Made by a program: the position numbers and the translations under genes
Notes under the pieces: generated by a model
The model's input: the letters and a program-made list of their open reading frames with translations, nothing else
Told to the model about the DNA's origin: nothing
Database searches by the model: none
In this document: in pieces, positions 55,167-64,000 of the stretch
Layout: every line of letters starts with the position of its first letter
Position numbering within the stretch: position 1 is the stretch's first letter
Origin: the human T2T-CHM13v2.0 reference genome, Homo sapiens
Strand: one strand, 5' to 3'
Length of the DNA: 64,000 bases
Assembly (NCBI RefSeq): GCF_009914755.1
Contig: NC_060925.1

Positions 55167-55540
55167 TGTTATGGGCTAAATTGTGTCCCCCCCCCATGCT
55201 CAAATTCATATGCTGAAGCCCTAACCCCCAGTACTTCAGAATGTAACTGCATTTGGAGATAGGTCTTTACAGAAGTAATTAGGTAAAAGTGAGGTCCTTG
55301 GGCTCTGATCCAGTCTGACAGGTGTGCCTATAAGAAGAGGAGATGAAGACACAGAAGGGTGATGGTAGGAAGACACAGTGAGGAGATGGCCATCTACAAG
55401 CAAAGGAGAGAAACCCAGAAGAAACAGCACTGCCAACACCTTGATCTCAGACTTCTAGCTTCCAAATCGTGAACAAATAAGAATGTGTTAAGCCCCCAGT
55501 CTGTGGTGCCTCCTTATGGCAGCCCAGGCAGACCCAGACA
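55167..55540 (+). mobile_element. MLT1B MaLR LTR
   Basis: tgttatgggctaaattgtgtccccc...ctaacccccagtacttcagaatgtaactgcatttggagataggtcttt...ggcagccc. Confidence 0.85.
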
Positions 55541-58001
55541 TACAAGTTTGCAGCCCTTGTTTGCTCTTTGTACCCATTTGGCAGAGCAGAGTGGATCAAA
55601 GTCAGTCTCCATCCATTATGAGCACTTTTTCATTGGAAACAGTGATGTAAGAAGATGTTAAAACAGACTTTTCAAAACATCTCAGAACAACAACAACAAA
55701 ATAGCTGGTAGTTTAAAATAGAATCCTGAGACATACATCATGGGATAAATCTATGCAAACAAAGTAGGCAGCTCAGTTTTGTTCTTGAACTGGAAAGGGG
55801 TCCATAATAAATGGTGACTAACCCACACCTCCAAGGTGACCTTCAAATGGCTCCACCTTTCGCTTGGAAAGAGATGCCCTGTGCTGCCAGATCCTGTGAA
55901 TCAACCGTATCGAGCTTATGTGAAGACTTCTGTTTACTTTGTCTCGGGGGTAGAGTACATTGTGAAGACCCAACCAACCACGCGCTCATCTGTTCTTCAT
56001 CATGTCAAATCACTGTCAGAGCTGCAGCCTTGGCCAGGGAGCAAGGAGCACGCAATGGCTGTGAGGCTGAGGCTCGGCTTAAGCGCTGTTTTTTTCCAAA
56101 GCACGCATGTCCCCTGGTACGTCTTGTGAAGTGGGATCCTGTCTCACAGCCCTGTGGAGTGAGCTGCCAGATGGAACAAAGGCCTCTCTCAACACCCTCC
56201 GGCATCATTGTGCCCAGATGCACACAGTGCCTGTTAGTCACTCTCTGCAGGAAAGAAATAGCCATAATCCTTCGCTAGACAGCTACTGCTGTGCTCAGTT
56301 TGGAGGAATAAATAAGTGCAGCGGACCCACCAGGCTGATACTCAGTCTCTATTGCCAGCCAGGACTAGAGTCTCCAGTGCTTATCTGATCTACAAGCCTG
56401 CTAATGGTGTGTGTGAGCCGTGTGAGCCTCTAGGCCCCTCCTATGTCCTTAGTACATGATACAGATGGGGCTGGACCCTGAAATTGGTGGTCTTCTCCCA
56501 CCCCTGCCCTTGGCCTGGGTCTGACCTCAGAAGACAGCCCCACTCACAGTCCAGAGCAGGGCCTTCCCTTGCTGTCTAACCAGGCTGCCTATCCTGGAAC
56601 CCAGCTGAACTTTTACTTAGCCTTGCTGGGGAGGGCCTTACCCATGTGGGAGATGCCCCAGCGACCAGGTGTGTCTCCCTCAACCAGCTGGGGGAGAATG
56701 AAAGATGGCAGAGCACCGCCAAAAGAAAACTGGTTCCATGCAAGTGTGAGCTGCTCTCACCCAGTTCTTTTTGATGTTCTCTTTGCACTCCCCATTCAAA
56801 AGCTCCCCTCACTTCTCTAAGGTCCCCCATTTAGCTCCTGACCCAAATCCGAACTCCTCCTCTCTGGGCCTGGCATTGGCATGGGTTGTTCTTGTACGCA
56901 CATTGTGTTAACGGTTGCAGTGTGCCAGGCCACCATCCTTTCTGACAGGCTGTTTTAGTGCATAAACCAATAGTTGTGACAATGATCCTTGGGGAATGGG
57001 TTATTAAAGGTGATTGTGAAGTCTCCCCTTCTGAAGCTCTGTACAAACAAGACTAGAAAGAGAACCTGGAGAACTAGATTACTTCTTGAAGATTACGCCA
57101 AACCACGAGGTGCTGTTCTTTCTTAAAAGAAATAAAGAAAAATGCTTCCTGCCACCCAGAAACAGCCTTGGATGTTAGTCTTTGAGTGAGCACATGAGTA
57201 GCATCAGGGCCATGGGATTGAAGAAAATGTCCCACCTCCATCTCCATTTGGGGACAATGAGGGAATGCACCTCTTCATCCCGTGCAGGGCCCCGAAACAC
57301 ACTTCCTGAGGGATGACCAATTCCATGGTCAACTCCCATCAGGCTGGGCCAAGCCAACGTGCACATCAGCATAAGCCAAATTTTAATTTTGTAGGATTGA
57401 TTTTTTAACTACCTTTCCTTCTTATGCTTTACCCACCAAGTATTCTTTAAACACAAAAGACAGATATTTTGTGATCATTACTGTCATTTTCTCCATCCAC
57501 AAGTAACTAAGAATAAACAATTGTGCAACTCACTGCTAATTAGCAGCCCTGGGTTTAAGTCCACCTGATGCTTTGTTGAAGTTATTGTGGAATGCAAAGT
57601 AGCACTGCAAACCAAAAGATACTTGGATTGGTCCAGTTGTTCCTAAGGCAGACGGATACTAACAAGAGGGAGATTTAATGGACTGCATAATGTTGGCTGC
57701 TACGGAAAGATAGCTGAATTCTAGAATCATTGAGAGGGAAGAAATCATTAAAAGAGGGAGAATCCCCCATAACAGAGAATACGGGCCTGGATGATCAACC
57801 ATCACAGCTCTTATCACCAGCAGACACTACACAGGCACTCTGCAGTGGAAATGGTGACAGGGAATAAAAATTGCAGTGCCAAGACATTACAGCATGAGAA
57901 TGATCAGCCTTGGTACCTAGGAATTTGTAATTATCATAGTAAAGAGCATTTGCAGTACCAATACCCCTTTTGTAGCTCTTATACATGTCAGCAATCTTTA
58001 G

Positions 58002-58472
<471 letters not shown>

Positions 58473-59053
58473 ACTGTTTGCCACATAGCACGTGGCTGCC
58501 CCTCCACCTACTCCTGCTCATGTTCCACATAAATATTTCCTTCGCACTCTTCATCTCCCTGTGTGAGTGGTTACTGGAACTATCAGTTTGGTTTCAGATA
58601 GGATTCATGCATCTGGCAGATGCAAATGGAGCTCTTTCTGTGTGCCTGGACTGTTGTAGTGGCCTGGACAATGTTGGAAGACGTAAAAGAGAAAGCAAAG
58701 TGCCTTTGATTGTGATCGTGCCTCTTGTGTCAAAGAATTCAAAAGACTAAGCAGGGAAAGGAGGGGTTACTGAAAGTCCAGACAGAGATGGGGGCGAGAG
58801 AATGCCTGGCCCTTCCAAATGCAGGCATCCAGGTAACTCGTTCTGAATGATGATGCTCCGGGGTATCAACAGAACTAGCAAGTGAGGCTACTGACTCACA
58901 GCTCTTTGAGGAGCTTTGTAGAGAAAGGAGAGCAGAATAGAGACAGGCAAGGGAAGAGGAATTCACACTTGTATGCATGATTTTGATCCCAGGTCAGGTA
59001 CTAGAATGGTTCCAAACGGAATGGTTTGTGAGCCTTTAAATTAACAAAAGTGG

Positions 59054-59760
59054 CTTTTGCCGTATCTACTGCAAGAATGAAGACCATTCGCAGAAATCAG
59101 ACTATAGATGTTCCAGAAATTGTCAACATCCCTCCGAAGAGATGCAGTTAATTGTATAGGGCCACAGGGGAACCCTGCAGAGGAGCTTCAGCTGCATCAA
59201 TGTAGAACTCAGTCTCCTTGGCAAACAAAGAAGCAGCTCTGGGTTGACAAAATGGTAGGAAAATAGGAAGGAGGTGGCTACTCTTCACACTACGTGTAGA
59301 CTCATGCACAGAACATGATCAAGGACATTTCACTGGGCTTCCCTCAGAAGATGAGGCTGCTCACTTCCCCCATCAACATCCTTATCCAGAAGAATGGGTC
59401 TCTTGTTGAAATCTGAAATTTCTTGGGTGGAAAATACATCCGCAGGGTTCAGATGAGGCCAGGTGTTGCTTGTTCAGTATCTCAAGCCAAGAGAGATGAA
59501 TTAATCCTTGAAGAAAATGACGTTGAGCTTGTTTCCAGCTCAGCAGGTCTGATTCAGCAAGTTGCAACAGTAAAAACAAGTAAAAACAGAAAATTTTGGG
59601 GTGCCATCTATGTCTCTGTAACAGGAACAGTTCAGCAGGCTGATGAATATGATCTAAGAGTTGTCCAGCTACAGACACAGATGCCAGATGATTCCTAAGA
59701 CTTATTTGTGATATTTTAATGATGCAATAACAGACCTATTAATTGGAGACTTTTTCTTAA
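59054..59760 (+). pseudogene. RPL9P: Processed pseudogene of 60S ribosomal protein L9 (RPL9); pseudogene number not assigned
   Basis: Intronless, colinear with RPL9 mRNA: leader ...tctactgcaaga ATG(59077) aagaccatt; C-terminal half reads [43 protein letters not shown]...GTVQQADE; frameshifts, in-frame TGA at 59414-59416, stop codon mutated to TAT (59648-59650); 3'UTR with AATAAA degraded to AATAAC. Confidence 0.93.
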
Positions 59761-60039
59761 ACTGAAAAACATTAATTAGTTATTAACATAGGTAGTGATT
59801 AGTAGGAGGCAGCTCACGTTCTCTGAGGATACATCATGTCAATCAAGCGCCATTTCCTTTGTGGGTGAGGATTCCTGAGGGGTAGCGGGAGAATGTGTGG
59901 TGGACACTGTGTAACTGAACTCCAGCAAAGCAGCTGATCTCATCATGGAAGAGGCTTTAATGGAGAAAGAAGAGTTGAAAGTAAGGCAGGTAGGGGTTAG
60001 AATAATGGCCCCAAAGATGTGTGTCCCTTATCTCAGTCA

Positions 60040-60790
60040 ACCCAAAGGGAAATTTCTCGGGACTTATAACTGGGCTTAGTCCATCACCTTGTCTGGTTCA
60101 ATATTTTTATCAATGACTTTGGTAAAATCATAAAACTTACATTTGTAAAAGTTATCAATGACACAAAATCAGAGAGCATAGTGATATCGTATGTGTTAAA
60201 ATCAGGATCCCAAAAGGTCTGATAATAACGTTTTAAGATAGGTGTTATTATCTCCATTTTGTAGATGACAAAATTGAGGCTCAGAGAGGAAAATTAACTT
60301 TCTCAAGATCTCACAGCTAGGAGGTGATAAGGGCAGAATTCAAACCCAGATGTGTCTGACTTCTAAATCCATGCACAAGACAGCTATTGGCTACAACTGG
60401 CTGGCTGGAAAGAAGGGCCAAATAGAACAGAAAATTTAATAGGAATAAATGTAAGGTATCCACATGGATCTATAAGATACAGGAACAGTGGCTGGGGCCA
60501 GGGGCGGGGGCGGGCAGCCCGAATGCCACAGGTGGGAAAGGGATTTTGATGGATTATAACTTTACCGTGAGTTATGTGCATGATACAGCCACCCAAAAAT
60601 CTGATGTAATCCAGTTATGTAACGAACTGTAGTAATTTGAATTAAGGATATGACAGCATTGTTCTCTTCTGCAATGACTGGATAATACTAGTAATATTAT
60701 GTGGGGCCACATTTTAAGAGAGACACAGGTGAGAGTCCATGAGGATGATGAGGGAGCTCAAAATGAACTCCTACAAGAAGCAACAAACAT
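60040..60790 (+). mobile_element. L3/CR1 remnant interrupted by a duplicated MIR segment
   Basis: ttcaatatttttatcaatgacttt...aatgacacaaaatcag...aggatcccaaaaggtct [insert] ...aatttaataggaataaatgtaaggt...gggccacattttaagagagacac. Confidence 0.65.
60221..60382 (+). repeat. Direct-repeat copy of 58311-58472
   Basis: 162 bp, 9 mismatches, no indels (hand alignment), offset 1910 bp. Confidence 0.95.
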
Positions 60791-60992
60791 TTGATTGTCT
60801 CTCTAAACAGAAAACGTATTAGATGGGTTTTAAGAAGTAGAATTAGGAACAATATGTAAAAGTTATATGGAGCTAGAAAATAAAACAGGATAAAAGGGGA
60901 AACTTCTGTCACGACATAACAAAGGCGGATTTCCTCAAACACTGTGAGTTTTGCGTTAGTTCAAAAATAAATAAATAAATAAAAGTAACTAT

Positions 60993-61320
<328 letters not shown>

Positions 61321-61604
61321 TTTTAAAAGCAACTAATGTTAATTATACAGCAGCCAGACACTGCATTTTGCCACATACACTCTCATTTTACCTTCACAAT
61401 AATTCCTTAAGATATGCCTTATACCCATATGAGACATAAACATTCATAGAGGTTAAATAATTTACACAAGTCACATAACAAATAAGTGAAAGAGTAAGGA
61501 TTTGGTTCCACAACGGCCCACCATCAAAATCTGTGACCTACTAGGACAGGTTGACTATTGAGCCTTCCTAAGGAAGGGTATATGTACTTCCAAAAAGATC
61601 ACTA

Positions 61605-61830
61605 ATAATAATAGTAGCTAACATTTATTGAATACTTACTATATCCCAGGCACTAACCTAAGCACCTAACACAAAGCAGTTCATTTCATTCACCCGACAA
61701 CCATAAGGAGTGAATATTAGTATCCCATGTTATAAATGATGAAGGTGAGACACAGAGAGGTTAAGGAAGCCGACTCAAGTCAGTATCCTACCCAGGATTT
61801 AAACCCAGGCAATCTGGCTCTAGGGCCCAT
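61605..61830 (-). mobile_element. MIR
   Basis: taataatagtagctaacatttattgaatacttactatatcccaggcac...gagacacagagaggttaagg. Confidence 0.8.
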
Positions 61831-61998
61831 CAATGAAGGGCCACTGCAGTGTAGTGAAAACTTTTGCTTGAGGATGTAAGACTTAAATATGTGGATAGGA
61901 TCATTCACTTTGTCTGTAAGCTTAATTTTCCAATTCCTTCATTTGCATTTACTTTGGATTGAAAGACTATTGCCTTGAACTTGGAATTGGTGGCGAAA

Positions 61999-62291
61999 TT
62001 TTTTTTAGAGAGGTAGAGTCTTGCTTTGTCACCCAGGCTGGAGTGCAGTAGCACAATCATAGCTCACTGTAACCTTGAACGCCTGAGCTCAAGCAGTCCT
62101 CCTGCCTCAGCCCCCCAAGTATCTAGGACTACAGGTGTGCATCACCACACCTCACTAATTTTGTATTTTTTGTGGAGACTGGGGTCTCGCTATGTTGCCC
62201 AGCCTTGTCTTAAACTCCTGGCTTCAAGCAATCCTCCTGCCTCAGCCTCCCAAGGCACTAGGATTACAGGTGTAAACCACCACGCCTAGCC
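61999..62291 (-). mobile_element. AluJ
   Basis: J-type dimer, reverse complement. Confidence 0.88.
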
Positions 62292-64000
62292 TGCTGGGAA
62301 AATCTTTATGTAACCCAAACGTCAAGTGCAGCAACTACACCATAATACAGACCCTCCCCGCCGCCACTTTCCCCAAGCCAGGAGCAGCTGCGAAAACAAA
62401 GAAGGCAGTAAAATTCACAGCATTAGGAAATTGACATGGCTGAATTCAATCTATAAAATCTATATAAATCATTATGCATTTAGTGCTTTTCAAAATAACC
62501 CCTGTAACTCTTATGGTTTAGAGACTATTAATAACATTTTCTGAAATGCAGTCAGACTAGTCGCTGTGTCCACTGTGATTTGGTAAAAAATATGAAGGAT
62601 GTTTTTAGTCTATGTCTGTTGGCAGCATGAGAGATTAGACTCAAGCCTCAAAGGATTTCCCATAAACTGACGTCTGTCCTTTTTGAAGGAAGGGTATGGC
62701 AAGAAAGAAAAGATAATCAAGGAGTTTCTGTCATGCCAGCCTCTTTGCTGATTGCTCAACTCATATCATCTCATTTTCCTGCTACCACCACAGTTTCACA
62801 AAGTTGCTATTCAAATGTCCATTTTCCTGATAAGGAAACTAAGGATCCCAAAGATTCTAGAAGATGCATATGGCTCCATTATTGATAAATAGTGGAAGCA
62901 GGGTTCAAACCCTTGTCTTTCTGGCTTCAAAAATTATCATGCCTTATTCACTGATCCACACTGCCTCCTGATTAAAGCAGGAGGAACTAGGGGCTGAGAG
63001 ATCCAAAGGGTATAGCTTGAATGTTACCCATTTCAAATGGGATTATTTCCTCTGGGACTCATTCAGAAGCTCTGGCTTCCTCAATCACTTAGACAAAGAA
63101 TAATAAGCACCACACTCACAGTAATCCAGGGGAAAAGGGGGAAAGAGAAAGCATAGCCATGATGAGCACAATTTTGAGGCAGAGGCAGTGCCCAGAGCCT
63201 TGAAAAGTGAATTAATTGATGTCCAATGACGTCATGGCATTTGAGCTTCCTTAGGAGAGGATCACCCCCCTGGGGTCCTGGGGCATACAAAAAGCCTTTG
63301 TCTCTGAAATTTCCCATCACTGTGTAGACCACATTGGCTTGAGAAATTCTGTCCCTGTTCTGCTCCAAATATGATAGGAATGCTGAATAAAATTCCACAC
63401 AAGTTTAAAGAAAATACATACTGTTCTTGAAAATAAGGAATGGAAGGCGACAGGTGCCAGAAATGAAGAACCAAACTTCCCACCGGGCTACTAGAATTAA
63501 CTACATATCCTGGGGCTGGGTTAAGTCTGTAGGCCTCCCACCTTACTGGAAATATGACTGTACCTCTCTATATAAAGGTGGAAATCCAAGAAGGGCCTTC
63601 CCACACATCAAAGGAGACTGGAGTAACTCTGCCTATCAGACCAGCGTTATGGCACAGAAATCACCCACCCTTGGGATATGAGAAGAAAAATTCACCTGTT
63701 AGAAATTGGAACCTCAAGTTCATGCCATGTGCAAGTATGGAGTCCAAATTCACATTAGCCAAACAGAACCAAAACTGTGAGCTAAGAAATTAACAGAGAA
63801 GCCAACCTGAGACTGGGGAAACACATACAGTCCCGGCAGAAGTAAACATGAAACTGTCCCATGGGAACATCTCTACAGTACCACACAGATAGTATTTTAA
63901 AAACAAAACAAACACCCACTAAAAGTGATCCCAAAGTCAAAACTTATAAATCACAAAGTAAACCAAAACATTATGAAAGAGAAAGTTAGCAAACAACAAC

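Noticed and set aside
59423-59698. 91-aa RPL9-like ORF as a functional gene
   Set aside because: No ATG start, in-frame stop just upstream, frameshifts in the 5' half, lost stop codon.

Overview
Human (hominid) genomic DNA lying inside the SLC35F3 gene on the + strand. The only protein-coding sequence is one 325-bp internal exon (5033-5357) in a CpG island; everything else is intron. The intron contains an old processed RPL9 pseudogene (about 59054-59760), a full-length antisense SVA (40935-42596), a very young AluYa5, many older Alus, solo LTRs (MER41B, LTR8A, MER50, MER4A1, MSTB, MLT1), L1/L2/L3/MIR remnants, DNA-transposon fossils and a 1.7-kb 28-bp minisatellite. I see no convincing new gene or new multi-gene system. 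The most unusual structures are: (1) the indel-free 28-bp VNTR, which has higher-order repeats and carries about 42 SOX-type CATTGTT sites; (2) a 162-bp, ~94%-identical copy of a MIR segment pasted 1.9 kb away into an L3 element; (3) a 60-nt fold-back hairpin built from an Alu tail; (4) a MER41B LTR with both GAS (STAT1) motifs intact. Repeat family names come from remembered consensus sequences and should be confirmed with RepeatMasker/Dfam.
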